DNA of 62,398 nucleotides, filler included, from Globobulimina sp. (GCA_003354225.1; 28 parts of 28 records of this genome joined end to end with filler, not necessarily neighbours in it); one strand, 5' to 3'; counted from the first letter of the whole stretch, positions 46,884 through 60,168 are shown. Notes: generated by a model from the letters alone, not told the origin. A program made the numbers and translations.

Positions 46884-47951
46884 AAATTGGGCGAAAATGG
46901 CAGAAATGAGTGTTTTCATCATATGGGCGCAATATATTTCAATTACTTTTCAGATTATAAAAAAGCGCTAAATTGTTTCTCCAAAATCACCGACGAAGAA
47001 ATAAATCGCAGGAATTTAGAATCTGCCATTGCTTCTTGCTACGATCAGTTGAACCAATCAGGAGATGCACTGAAATGGTTCAAGAAATACGAGATGAAAT
47101 ATAAAAACAAGCCCTCTGTTTTAATTGTGATCGCATTGATTTACTACAAAAGTAACAATAAGAAAAAAGCAGAGAAATATTTCCATCGCGCATTGAAATT
47201 GGACGTGAATAAAAATAATTGGATGGTCCATAGCAAATATGGCTATTATTTGTTAAATGGCAAAAAAAATTATAAATTGGCATTAGATTTTTTTGAGCAA
47301 TCATTAGCAATTTCGAATAATTTGCATGAACGCTCAGAATCGTATAAATGTATCGGAGCTTGTTATGATAAATTGGGAGACCTGGAAAGTGCGATAAAAT
47401 ATACACAAAAAGTATTGGATATAAATTCCAACGATGCGGATGCTTTAAATAACGCGGGATATTTCTATCTGACAATGAAGAAATATCAATTGGCTTATTC
47501 ACATTTGATAAAATCATTAAAAATATACCCATCGGGCGAGCTGACCAATGGTAATATCGGTATTTGTTTGTTTGAAATGGGTCCCAGTCGATACGACGAA
47601 GCTATTCGCTTTTTGAAGAAAGCTATATTTGAATTAAAGGCAGATATCCAACACAAAGATGTGGGTCCTCGGTGTTTGCAGTGTTATGCGGTTATTTTGT
47701 ATGAGAAAGGTAATTCATATCCGGAGTGTATTGAAATATTAAAGCAATTAATAAAACATAAAGAATTTAATAATCGATACAAACATAATAAGGATGAAAT
47801 ATTTTATTTGTTGTCAAGAGTGTATGTGAAATGTATGGAGTTTCAACAGTCGTTAAAATTTTTGAAAAAAGCGAAGAAATTTAATCCAAATCGACAAATT
47901 TATCAAAATCAAATAAAAATATTAAAAAATAATCATTTGAGTCTTATGTAA
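46884..47951 (+). CDS. Tetratricopeptide repeat protein, 5' partial
   Basis: Multiple 34-aa TPR-like units, e.g. SYKCIGACYDKLGDLESAIKYTQKVLDINSND and ALNNAGYFYLTMKKYQLAYSHLIKSLKIYP. Confidence 0.9.
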   Translation, partial: KLGENGRNECFHHMGAIYFNYFSDYKKALNCFSKITDEEINRRNLESAIASCYDQLNQSGDALKWFKKYEMKYKNKPSVLIVIALIYYKSNNKKKAEKYFHRALKLDVNKNNWMVHSKYGYYLLNGKKNYKLALDFFEQSLAISNNLHERSESYKCIGACYDKLGDLESAIKYTQKVLDINSNDADALNNAGYFYLTMKKYQLAYSHLIKSLKIYPSGELTNGNIGICLFEMGPSRYDEAIRFLKKAIFELKADIQHKDVGPRCLQCYAVILYEKGNSYPECIEILKQLIKHKEFNNRYKHNKDEIFYLLSRVYVKCMEFQQSLKFLKKAKKFNPNRQIYQNQIKILKNNHLSLM

Positions 47952-48436
47952 TATATAATTTTGTGCAAAAGTTAAAATATATTTTTGACTATGTTGATTT
48001 TTTTTTGTTTGACGATCGTCAATTAGATATATTATATATGTATGTTTTTTTTGTGTTCATGATTGTATAATTAGTACCACACTCTGTATATATATATCGT
48101 ACATATATTAATATTTTTGTGTTTAAAAAACAACGTATACGGTATACGTATATTTATTATTTCTTAAAATTATCATTATTTGCCACTTAGTTTTTTGTTG
48201 ATTTTTGTTTGTTGTTGTGTTAATTATTGTAAATTTGTAATTAAGTTTTTAAATTTGGTTCACAATTTCATCAATTCACTCTCGAAAACAGGTTGATCAC
48301 AAGTTTCTATTTTGTTATGCGAATTAAGAATATATTTGTTGTTTTGAGTAACTAATATAGAGAATTTAGGTGATATAATATATATATACAATTTAATTTA
48401 ACATTTATGGAGGACATAAATATATAAGAACAACCC

Positions 48437-49014
48437 CTAAACTGCCTCATTAGGCAAAGCATGTTCATATATATCATCGTCAGTATCTTTTCTACTCGTA
48501 GTGTCATCATCATTCATGAGATCAATTGGCGGTGCATGCACATTTGCGTTCAATATTTTACGATTCTCAACGTGTTTTCCAGTAACAATCACATCCGGTA
48601 ATTGTACATAATTATTATTGTCTTTACCAACATTGAGTGTTTCCATTTTTATTTGGTTTGCTTTCTTGTAATAAACAATACAAACTGAACAGATCAACAC
48701 CAATGAAATGCATAGTATGATAATTAATGCTTTATATTCATCCATTACTTTATGGTTTGAATGTGTTATGATTGACATTTGAGTTGATATCATTGATGAA
48801 TTTGTTGGATCTTTTGTTGGAGCTTTTGTAGGATCAAAAGTTGGGTCAATTGTTGGATCTGAGGTTGGATATGAAGTTGGATCAATTGTTCGATCAAAAG
48901 TTGGGTCTTTTGTTGGATCAAAAGTAGGTTCATTGGTTGGATCAATTGTTGGTTCGAAAGTTGGTTCAAAAGTTGGATCTGCGGTAGGATCTTTTGTAGG
49001 ATCAAAAGTTGGAT
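48437..49014 (-). CDS. PT-repeat (mucin-like stalk) type I membrane protein, C-terminal part
   Basis: 12-bp tandem repeats at about 48800-49014 encode PTFD/PTKD/PTID/PTFE in frame with TM helix ALIIILCISLVLICSVCIVYY. Confidence 0.85.
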
Positions 49015-49268
49015 NNNNNNNNNNNNNNNNNNNNNNNNNNNNNNNNNNNNNNNNNNNNTTAATTAATTAANNNNNNNNNNNNNNNNNNNNNNNNNNNNNN
49101 NNNNNNNNNNNNNNATGCCAAAAAATACGTACATTGAGAATATATGATCAATGATTTTGATTTTTAGCGAATCTTTTACTCCATTTTCAGATAACCACTT
49201 CCCAAAATCTGTCATCTGAGCAGATCGATGTAAATCCAGATAAAACGTTTTTTATATATATCAAAAAC

Positions 49269-50717
49269 ATGGCAATTAAAAAATGGAATCAAAGCATCAA
49301 ACTATGTGCACAATGTTCATTCTTTGCACTGATGATTATTTTCCTTTGTTTCAGTTTTATATTATTGATGAAGGATGAATCCAACTCGAATATAATGGAG
49401 GACAGGAAAGTAATTATTATTAATACATTAAAGCATTTAAAGCATTTAAACAGAAATAGTACACATTCAAAGATAGCTCGATCAAATCAGTCAAATCGCC
49501 ATCGACTAAAGAAAAAACAGAAAAAAGTAAAGAGAATTAGAAAAAACAGAAAAACATTTCGAGAACACAACCCTTTATATGGACGTCGACGTTCTTTTAT
49601 AAATATATCAAATAGAAATGGCACCATTTATTCCAGCAACGCTTTTTTTACAGGACCATCTTTCCAATTTTACTCAAATTATTCAATGAATAAATACGAA
49701 GAAGAAATGCGAAGTAAACAATTAAATAGAAAAAAAGGTGTAGGCCCGGAGGTAAATCCTAATTATATTTCAAAATACAATTTTTCCATTTGTCTCATAC
49801 CCAAAAATGGCATCACTTTGTGGAAAATGGTTCTGCTCAGAATGTTGTTCCCTGACAGCGAGGCAAAATGGTGGGAATTAGGTGGACAAATTCATAAAAA
49901 TTTCGCACTCAAAAAGAGCAAACTGATCCCCATCAATTTCAAAGTCGAAGATATTGACAATATTTACAGAAACAAAGCAAATCAATTTTTTGTGATTGTG
50001 CGCGATCCATTGGAGCGTGTTTTGAGTGGTTATTTATATTTTGATTGGTATTTCAAAGTGGATAATTTCTCGATTTTTGCAGATTATTTATGGACTTTAA
50101 GGAATGCTGCAAAGTCTATTAATCATCACGTGCGAGAACAGCATTTGTTTTGTGATTTGGATCATTGCCATAATAGATACAAACAGATATCTTTTAGCAA
50201 TTATACGCAACGCAAGGACTTATTAGATGCGTTGGGCGAGAATGTGTGGAATGATATTGGTAAAAATGGATGGCATCCGGCTTTGCATCATGCTATAAAT
50301 CAAAGATTAAAAACAAAGAAAAAGGGAGCTGTTGTTTTTAGGGAATATTCGATGGATCCAAACGTATATCAAAAGCAACAATCTTTAGTTGATTATGGTT
50401 CACCAACACAACATTCAAAGTTAGCAAATACAAAAGTTTTGCAGTATTATGACATATTTTCTGTTAAGGAGATGTTGAGATTTTATCAAAGAGATTATCA
50501 GTTATTTCAGTTGAAAATACCAGATTGGATTTGTGATGTCATAGCAAATGAAATGATATACAATGGAAACATACATGATTTGCTGAAGCAGTTATTGGAA
50601 GTAATTGAAAACGTGTTCGATTTGAAGCAATATCCAATTTGCTATCAGCAATTGACAGTTTGTGTAGCATCAAATTTGCAAACCTGTGCCATGAATCATT
50701 CATATGTTCTGAAGTAA
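49269..50717 (+). CDS. Golgi-type carbohydrate sulfotransferase (Sulfotransfer_2 / CHST-like)
   Basis: Type II anchor; 5'-PSB CLIPKNGITLWK; 3'-PB VRDPLERVLSGY; H...Q..FC; YQRDYQLF. Confidence 0.9.
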   Translation: MAIKKWNQSIKLCAQCSFFALMIIFLCFSFILLMKDESNSNIMEDRKVIIINTLKHLKHLNRNSTHSKIARSNQSNRHRLKKKQKKVKRIRKNRKTFREHNPLYGRRRSFINISNRNGTIYSSNAFFTGPSFQFYSNYSMNKYEEEMRSKQLNRKKGVGPEVNPNYISKYNFSICLIPKNGITLWKMVLLRMLFPDSEAKWWELGGQIHKNFALKKSKLIPINFKVEDIDNIYRNKANQFFVIVRDPLERVLSGYLYFDWYFKVDNFSIFADYLWTLRNAAKSINHHVREQHLFCDLDHCHNRYKQISFSNYTQRKDLLDALGENVWNDIGKNGWHPALHHAINQRLKTKKKGAVVFREYSMDPNVYQKQQSLVDYGSPTQHSKLANTKVLQYYDIFSVKEMLRFYQRDYQLFQLKIPDWICDVIANEMIYNGNIHDLLKQLLEVIENVFDLKQYPICYQQLTVCVASNLQTCAMNHSYVLK

Positions 50718-51781
50718 TTATGCAAAATATTTATGAAAGTTATATTCCATATTTTCAAACCTAAGCAGAAGATCTGCTTATTTTGAAACTTCATCAACTT
50801 TTTTCCCCACCCACCTTCCCGTGGGTTATATATATACGTTATTATTTTCAATTTGTTGTTTCTTTCAACATAATAACATTATTCCGAAATTAATTTTAAT
50901 TTAATTTACAATTCCTTTCTCCCGTTACTAGCTCGTTTAAAATAAAGTACAGTTATAAGTATTATGACAGGTTTTTATGGCATATGACAGCGTGGTAAAA
51001 TAGATATTTGTGTCCTCAACAATAATAGGATAGAATTAGAATAGAAAACATGTGTTTTTTGGTATTTATGGGTTGATTGTAATCTATGAACGGTTTATAA
51101 TTCAACAACATAATAAAAATTTAATTAAATTAACATACAGTATACAAACTAAATCCGTGTTATCGTTTCAGTATTCACGAAATAGTACGTATACTTTGAA
51201 TGGGCAGCTCCGACAATTTCGCCATCAACAAACTAGTATCAGTATNNNNNNNNNNNNNNNNNNNNNNNNNNNNNNNNNNNNNNNNNNNNTTAATTAATTA
51301 ANNNNNNNNNNNNNNNNNNNNNNNNNNNNNNNNNNNNNNNNNNNNTATTATTTTCATTTGTTTGGATATGGCCGTGTATTAACAATTATTGGGGGTTTAG
51401 CAAAACTACAGATCCACATTGGGGTATCGTGGCAATGCATCATATTTTATTATCATCGATTGGCTTGGGAAATTTTTTCATTTGGACATGTTCTTGTTCT
51501 AAACTGTCGTCGTCCATTGGCGGCCTTGGCATCGGACTGTTTTCAAACAATAGTACTAGTGACCTCATAGTAATGCAAGGTAATCAGTTGTGCGTTGCGC
51601 CTGCGGAAGATGATCGTAATGATCCTAATTATAATGTTTAACTCGAGTTAGCGCATAATGCGCTATCTTTCTGACTGACCAGCTCTTAATATCAGGGTTC
51701 TCACCTCGCAGACGTACAAATAACAAATGTGATTTTCTTGAAGTGAGCTAGTCCTCGTTGTCGATCGTATAAAAAGAGAAA

Positions 51782-52954
51782 ATGTTTGTATTGATAATAT
51801 TCATTTCGGCAATATCTTGTCAATCATTCCAGGTTGACTCCAAGTACAATGTGTCAATGTACGATTCGTTAACTGTGCCAATAATTACCTTATCTTCATA
51901 TGATTTTGCCTCATCACCATTAAATCAAAAAATTATTGATTCAATTACCTTCTCAGAATCAATGAACAAATATGGAATTGTTGCAATACATGTTAATAAT
52001 ATAGCAAGTCAAAAAATCTTCGATGAATCTTATTCAAACATTTTACATTATTTTGTAAATACATCAAGGAAATACAAACAGCAGTTCTTTACCAACGAAT
52101 TTCCATCACCCGGTTGGATACCATTTAAATCAGAAGGTCAACCATGGAAATATCATTTTTTATTAGCTTCACCATTTTATAACGATCCAGTATTAAAAGA
52201 TGATAATATCGATATGTCGAATTTGAATCAAACATACGAGCCAATGGAATCATTTTTGTTTGCTTCGAATGAAAATAAATCATCAAATGCATTATTTGTA
52301 CCAAATCTGAATCATATCCCAAAAGAATTTAGATCCAATGTTGAACAGTTATGGAATGAGTATCATACTATTTTGAATTATATTTTTGAAGTTGGCATAT
52401 ATTCATTGGGTGTCAATAAAAGCACCAACGATGTGGTTAATTTGTTGCAACGAAATGAATATTTCAATGTGTTAAAATTTGCGTATTATTATGGATTTGA
52501 CGATGATGGTACAAATAAAGTGTATAATGCGAGTCTTAATGATTATGTATATCGGTATGGCATACATTATGATGTAGACATGTTTACAATTTTAAAATTG
52601 GATCAGACAAAAGGTTTCCAATTGCGATATAATTATAAATGGTATAATATCGATGTGAACCATTATCCACCAAATACATTTTTTGTAATGAGTGGAAATT
52701 TAATGCATTTTTTAACAAATGGATATTGGAAACCTGCACCACATCGAGTTTTAAGTATGTTGCCAGCAAAGTTAACCATTGTGTTATTTGCTCACGTTCC
52801 AATGGATACAATTTTTAATCAATTTACAAATTGTTATTCATGCAATCAACAAAAGAATAATAATGAAACAGCATTGTATTTTAAAGAATGTGGTGGGAAA
52901 TCAGAACACGAACTTATTAGTGAATTCTTGGATGCTTCGAGAATGATGCAATAA
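51782..52954 (+). CDS. 2OG-Fe(II) oxygenase (IPNS/DIOX-like) with a predicted signal peptide
   Basis: HYD...H facial triad (GIHYDVDMFTIL; GNLMHFLTNGYWKPAPHRV) and a hydrophobic N-terminus. Confidence 0.85.
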   Translation: MFVLIIFISAISCQSFQVDSKYNVSMYDSLTVPIITLSSYDFASSPLNQKIIDSITFSESMNKYGIVAIHVNNIASQKIFDESYSNILHYFVNTSRKYKQQFFTNEFPSPGWIPFKSEGQPWKYHFLLASPFYNDPVLKDDNIDMSNLNQTYEPMESFLFASNENKSSNALFVPNLNHIPKEFRSNVEQLWNEYHTILNYIFEVGIYSLGVNKSTNDVVNLLQRNEYFNVLKFAYYYGFDDDGTNKVYNASLNDYVYRYGIHYDVDMFTILKLDQTKGFQLRYNYKWYNIDVNHYPPNTFFVMSGNLMHFLTNGYWKPAPHRVLSMLPAKLTIVLFAHVPMDTIFNQFTNCYSCNQQKNNNETALYFKECGGKSEHELISEFLDASRMMQ

Positions 52955-53132
52955 ATATATTATTTTGCAATTTGTTTCGTTTAACGATGAGTTTTGATCG
53001 ATCAATATAATTATAAAGTTTGCATTGGGTTTGCAAAAAACCAATTGTAAATGTACAGTCTGCATTCACTTCGACAATGACAAAAAAACACTTCAAAACA
53101 CTAAGAAATCAATTTTGCAGAACCATCAGTCA

Positions 53133-53476
53133 TCAGTGATATTCAAAGTATCGCATGCTGTAAGATATCAATTTGGCAAAACCAAATACAATGATAATAT
53201 TTATCACATTTTTTTTGGTTACAATTAATGATCCAACTTTGTCTGAAATTCTATATTTTTGTGTATAAGTGATTAAATACAATAAATCATTCTCAATTCG
53301 TCGCTCAGCATCACTCAATTTCCATATTGCTGTTGAAAGCTTTTCAAACGTTTCATTCAATAATATTGAAGACACAATATATATAATAGGCGTCCATAAA
53401 AACCACGAATATAAAACCATCCATAATAAGAAATGGATCACAAGCAATGAACCATGATTGCATTACGATGGATAAT
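53133..53476 (-). CDS. C-terminus of a multi-pass membrane protein, possibly gustatory-receptor-like
   Basis: TM helix, amphipathic linker (LLNETFEKL...LLYLITY), then G...VTK and a terminal hydrophobic helix. Confidence 0.5.
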
Positions 53477-53895
53477 NNNNNNNNNNNNNNNNNNNNNNNN
53501 NNNNNNNNNNNNNNNNNNNNTTAATTAATTAANNNNNNNNNNNNNNNNNNNNNNNNNNNNNNNNNNNNNNNNNNNNAGGGTAATGATCAATACGGTTGTA
53601 AATGTCATACAAGAAATCATTCACCAATGATAGACCAATTAATTCAAATACTTTATGGATTGTATTGTATATTACGGTTACTAACAGAAAATACACTCCG
53701 CGGAGCATATTGACTCACGTTGGTTGGTTGCTGTTTGTATGTAGGTGATATTATGTGGAGTTCAGTTCAACTCAGAAACGATATCTTTTTATTTAAATGA
53801 ACTACTCATTTTTTATATATATAGCTGTGTTGTGGGAATAGAATAAAACAGATAACAAATTGAAACAAAAGAAAAAGACCAAATCATAGTTTATT

Positions 53896-55707
53896 TCAAC
53901 ATTCTACACCTTGAAAATGCCGATCATTCCATGGATCATTTGGGAGGTTACGACAAAACATATTTGACGATGGAGGTTCACAACTAATTGGCACTGGATT
54001 CCCATTGCTATTATTAGCAGATTTGACATTATCGTTATCTGTTTTATGTTTATTGACTTTATTTGCAAACTCACTTCCAATCAAAGGTACTATTCTAATA
54101 ACTGTCGCGATTTTAGTTCTTTCCCAATTTTTATATGTTGCAGATTGTATAAAAGTAAATAATGGCATTTCCATGTTTTCCTCCTTACACTGTATACCAA
54201 TCAGACCATAATCACTGTCATACTCATTATTACCATTCGCCAGACTCTCTGCCTGTTTTGTAACTTGTGCCACCACATACTTTGTATCAAAACTGCCATC
54301 GACATTCGGTGTTAATACTAACACATCGGTTGTGGCGACAGTATCACACTTTAAATATTGCGTCTTATCCACATATGGCACCATCAAATAACATAAACCA
54401 TACTCACAACTATCCACTGTCTCTGTTTTATAATCCCTATACCAAACACTGTGTATATAAATATTTAACAATTAAATCTAGCAATATGCCTGACACAAAT
54501 ACATAAAAAAACAAACTACAAATATATCGCGTCTTTTTTATTGCATACATATAAATATATACATACCGATCGCCAATACGAGTAATAACACCGATACTGA
54601 CACCATTCTGCAACCCGCCTTTCTCTGCAATACCAATCAATGAACCTATCTCCATAAAAGCTTCCGGATTGGGATACATTATTTTATTGTCATCATTATT
54701 GTGATCCGTCCTTCTCTTTTTTGTGGGAGGCGAAAATGTTTGCAATTCCTGAGTGGATTCCGGTGCATCTATGCTTTCCATTTCGTGCCGCCTTCGTTTC
54801 CGACTGTTATGTGGCTGTGGCACTGCCGGCTTTTTCCCATTAGCTCCGGTTAAGTCAATCACATTATTCGTGGTAGTATTGTTATTATTGCTATTCGCCA
54901 TATTATTATTATTGTTATGTTGGGCAAAGAATCCAGTGGATGGTCTGCTTTTTATTTCTTGCGTAGCAGCATCGATGTCATTGGGTACCGGGGTTAGCGG
55001 CGGAGGGCTTACTATCATTTGTTTATTATTTGTTAGATCAACCACTGGTTTTTCCGGACGAAAGGATCTCTTTGGTTTTTTGCGTGGAGTCTTGTTTCTT
55101 TTCTCGTTTCGTTGATCCTGTTTAATTCTTTCAACCACTAAATAGGAATAACAATAACTTCCGTTAATATTGGTGGCGAAGGCTTGTTTCTGTGCATTGT
55201 ATCTTTTTTCAATATCTCCCATGCTCACACCGGCATTACCAACCTCCAAATATTTGCCAATCGAGTCTCGCAAACTCATATGGAACTGATGGCGCGCTTC
55301 ATCGATATCGTTATCACTGTGTATATTATAATGATTGCAGTATTTAACATAGATATATTTATACAATAAAATGTTGTTTGTAGTGATATTCCGATGGTAT
55401 TTAGCAAACAACGCACCAGAAATTGTCTACAAGCATCAAATCGAATGTCAAGATCATGAGTCACCGCCGACTCCACACCAAACAATATTTGGATTTAGTT
55501 ATCAGGCAACCAAACTAAATCTATCTCTGCAAAAATAAAACTCTCAGAGACAGACTTTCGACATTGCGTACATACAAATATAAAGACATAAGCACTAAAC
55601 GCTAAAGCAGCAGTTTCCATGCAATAGCAGGTGATCAGGAATACATCGCTCACAATGCTGTCCCACGGGATATCACTGGCTTGCGCCAATTTATCTTTTT
55701 TGCCTTT
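53896..55707 (-). CDS. Multi-exon hypothetical protein, probably nuclear; 5' partial
   Basis: Intron 54437-54566 joins two ORFs in frame (GD-R-DYKTE). NLS-like PPTKKRR and SIM-like VVDLT and VIDLT. Upstream exons are uncertain. Confidence 0.6.
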
Positions 55708-55807
55708 NNNNNNNNNNNNNNNNNNNNNNNNNNNNNNNNNNNNNNNNNNNNTTAATTAATTAANNNNNNNNNNNNNNNNNNNNNNNNNNNNNNNNNNNNN
55801 NNNNNNN

Positions 55808-57938
55808 GCAGCGAATAGTTTATGTTCAACGAATATGAATAGATAAAAACAGTAGCATTGTGATGGATTATTCCTTTTGTATCATAATCGAATGTAAACA
55901 ATAGTTTGCTTTGTGGATAAAATAACGAAGTAAGCAATGTTAACTGTTGCTGTCGTGCATAAAAAGTCCAGTCACAGATCTCATTCTTGTTACATCCAAT
56001 ATTTATGGCTTTAATGCCAGAGATATTATCCATTTGTTTCGAGAGTATAATGCTTTGTCCAATTAACTGATGATTACCAATTTGTAACATACCGTATTCA
56101 CTCCATTGTATCCAAAACAGCAATGTATTTGCAGTAATATCATAATCATTATATTGACTGCATTCATTATTCATAATAATATAATAATTTATATCATCAC
56201 CTCTCGAATCACAAACATTTTTCGCATTTTTTTTACCAAATTCAATGATATATTGATTATGTGTTTCTGTTTCAATCTTGATCCATGTTTGTGCGCTGGC
56301 GGAGAGGTCAAACATTAAATATTTACTATACCATAAATAATCTGCGATATGTATCGATGTCTCGTCATCAAATAATTGATATTTATAATCATAATTCAAT
56401 ATATTTTGTGTGATATTATACTGTCGAATAAAATGTAAGTCACAAAGGGTTGAATTATAATAATCATAAAATATCCAATTTGTAGATGCTGCTGACGATG
56501 ACGATGATGTCCCAATCCATCCATATGCTAAATCATTATATTCATTTGTATTATTATAATCAAATGAAAATATAATATCCGCTTTATTTCCAATCAATGT
56601 GCCCATACCAATTTTAATGTTATTATTATCTGTGGATGTTATCCATATATCGATCCATGGCCAATCATTAATATTCGCCAGCTCCATTTTTATATTTACG
56701 CCATCTCCGTCACAGTTAAATGGAGCTTTATATCCACTGACTAAAGTACCACCATTTATGGTGTACAAATCCTGTTAAAATAAACACAAAATACAGTCAA
56801 TTCACATACAAACAATCGTTTCTGCAAAGTAAAGACTTAACGTTTTGACTCATATCCTTTGTTAATTGGCATGTTCCTGCATCATACAATGCTATTTTAT
56901 ACAAATTAAATCGAATATCACCTGTTTCTTGCATATAAAATCGAGTAGCATTATTAGCCATGGATAGCAATGTAAGTTTAGCATTAACATCATTCATATC
57001 ATAGGTTAGATATCTCCTAACAATATCATACTGATTATAAATTATTTTTGTGTCATATTCATAATACCAAATACATTCGCGTTCATTTCCACAGTTCCAA
57101 AATACATTAAATTCATTGTCAATATCTAGAAAACAATCCGCTTCATCTTTAATTATAAATTTTGTTGGAAATATTGTTTGTGTAACTTCATCATTTGATT
57201 TATTTTGAACTATAATTTGTTTCTTATTTAATGCAAATAGGATATTCCAATACCAATATTTATTCACACCAAAATGAGATAATTTTAATTCTGTATTTGT
57301 GGCTGTATATTGTAACGAAAATATAAGCAAATTATTATCCATTGTGTTGAATTGGCCAATGTTACTTTTACTGTTTGAATTTGTATAATATTTCTTACAC
57401 AAAAACATCTCATCTCGCTCAATAATGTTTGTGTCTGTCACACAATCAATTTTAATATCAAATATGACTATATTTTTAATTACGTTTACTTGATGCAAAA
57501 TGCTTTCAAATTTTAATTGGAAGGATTGCAATGCATTTATAACTGGCACGGAATGTGTAATGTTTCGAGAAACATACCAGTTACAGTTTGAAGTGGATAA
57601 TAAAGTATCATGCAATATATCTTGTTGTGTGGCTGAATTATATTGCAAGATTATGTTATTATTTATGTGCAATATTACTTTGTCTGTAAATGCCACATTG
57701 CAGTCAAACGCAATGGAAAATGAGATAAATGCTGTAGTGGATGGTTGATTGCATTGAAATTGACGGAATAATAGGTTTGATTGTGTTTTATTGTTAATAT
57801 TGTTAAATGGGCCATGGTATTGGGAGTTGATGTTATTACAATTTGACCAACCGCTAATTGCCTGGTTTCGGTCACAGGAAAAGCCATCAATGAAATGCTT
57901 GTCGATTTTTGTGGAATCTGTTGGTGACGTAGTTGTGG
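55808..57938 (-). CDS. Internal part of a large extracellular beta-rich protein, including a farnesoic-acid-O-methyltransferase-like (lectin-like) segment
   Basis: Successive same-strand ORFs rich in N/I/Y/W/C. FWIQW...LQIG..IGQ.IILS resembles the Methyltransf_FA pattern. Exon joins are not fully resolved. Confidence 0.55.
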
Positions 57939-58038
57939 NNNNNNNNNNNNNNNNNNNNNNNNNNNNNNNNNNNNNNNNNNNNTTAATTAATTAANNNNNN
58001 NNNNNNNNNNNNNNNNNNNNNNNNNNNNNNNNNNNNNN

Positions 58039-60168
58039 CCGTAAATAATATATCCGCGCACTTCCACCACATTTATCAAATAAAAGGCCACACTCTCTGC
58101 GATTTGCGGGAAGATCACACTCAAATCTTTGGGATAGATGCAAAACGAAGGGAATATGCTCCAAATCATATGGCTCATCGCATTGAACTGTTTGCCGGCG
58201 ATAATCATATTGTTCTTCAATGCCTCGCTGCGTTGTTTCATTAACATGTCGGCGATGGGCAGCAATTTACTGCCAAAAAAAGACAAATTGGTGCGATTCA
58301 CATTGCTTTTTAACAGAGGCAATATCCATAGGTTTGCTTTCAAGATGGCTTTGTCCAAAGTTATTAACTGCAGCACATTGCAAGTCGGTAAGTTTAATGG
58401 TATCACATTTAACACATTCTGAGGTCCGCAGTATTTAATTGCCGCCGATATGGTGTCTTCTAAATGAGTGAGGAACACTGGTTCGTCCATGCAACGAATC
58501 TCCGACAGTTCGCATAATATGTTACACAATAAAAAGAAGCCAGACCCCGCAAAGATTTTGAACACATTCTTGCATAATTTATACACATAGATCCAGCTCG
58601 ATTTGTATTTGAAATCCAACAAACTTTCGATTAAAATGGTGATACGTTGCAATATGGGCAATTTCTGCCGGTTTGTGGTGTCATTGGGCGTGCTGAGAAA
58701 GGATGCTTGCGGCGATAAGGTGGGCAAATCCTCAGTGGCGCCAATCTTCCTCTTTGTGTCTGCGATGAGCTCCTCATTCACAATGAGCTGTAATATCTGC
58801 ACCAAGCAATTGGATGTTTTCTCTACAATGACTTTTTTATTTGACTCAAAACCGTCAAAAATTATAGTGATTATAGATATGCATCGTTTCAATGCCTCTG
58901 TTTGGTCGAAGACATACAATGCGTCGATGACCGACACCATGCAATCAAAATAAATGGGTACACCGACGGTATCGGTCTGTTTACAAAATAAATAAATAAT
59001 TTTTGATTACATTGCAAATAAAATAGAATGGAGACTCGAACTTTTTGCGGTTTTAGCTGTTGTATGACGGCAAATAACTGCGTGATAAATTTGACATATT
59101 TGCTGACATTTTTATCGTTGTCATCCGGCTCAATATCATCGATTTTCATTCTTTTCACCAACTGTTTTAAATCGATTTTATGTTTCAATTCTTTTGCTAA
59201 CTCATCGATATTCGCATCGATTGCAATGGCTTTGTTTTTATTGACATCGACATTGATTTCCGTCTTATATTTCTGTGGCAGCGCTTGGATAAATTTATAA
59301 ATCAATTTCAAAAACATTTGCTGTAAGTTAAGGTGTTTAATTTGAATGGTATTATCGCCATAAACCTGCATGCAATGCGAGATGACATTAAATAGCAAAG
59401 TTATGATATAACTCGATTCCAATAAGCTTAAATATGGCAACGTTTGCATCAATAACTCGGAGATGAAGCCAATTACATTCAACTCTATTTTCTGCCCGCT
59501 ACGCACCGTCAACATGCCCTCAATTTGCCGGTCGATGAAGCAGCGCATTAATCGCTTAATGATTGTGGGCAATGTTGCGATTGTGTAGCATTTGAATATT
59601 TTGGCCAGATGTTTCAGGGCTAATTTCCGAATGTTGCCCATTTCGTCGGTACTTAATACAAACAGTCCTTGCAACATTTTCTGGCATAATATCTCGTTCC
59701 AAAAGGTGGTGTTTTCTTTGTTGTGCGAGATGCGCGCAATTAACAGCGCAGACATACAATGCATGCAATATTCCACGCCGATGGTCGTGGATAATTTGCT
59801 GGATTTTACATATAAATATTCTCCTAATTTGCGCGATAATTTGTCAAATTGGTTCAGTAGTACATTGATGGGGATATGTGCGATTAAGTGGGATAATAAT
59901 ATTACGATACTCATCTCGTGAGATTCACTGGTTTTGTTCTCTAATAAGGTCATGAAGACGGCAAATAATTCTGTGCTGCTCACAGTGACTGATTCATCGA
60001 CATCTGTATCCATTGCATTTTCATGGTCATTGTCATTGTGGTTGTGGTTGATTGGGTTTTTTTTGTTTACGATAGTTTCAATGACTGTGGATAATGTACA
60101 ACAAATGGATGATTGTGTCTGTTTGGGTAAGCTGTCGTGTTTACTGATTAATTTATTGAATGGATTTG
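58039..60168 (-). CDS. RRP12: RRP12-like ribosome biogenesis protein (NUC173 domain), partial at both ends
   Basis: AAIKYCGPQNVL..IPLNL, WILPLLK, LSFF...LLP and IWSIFPSFC.YP.DL. Intron 58977-59041 splices in frame. Confidence 0.9.
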
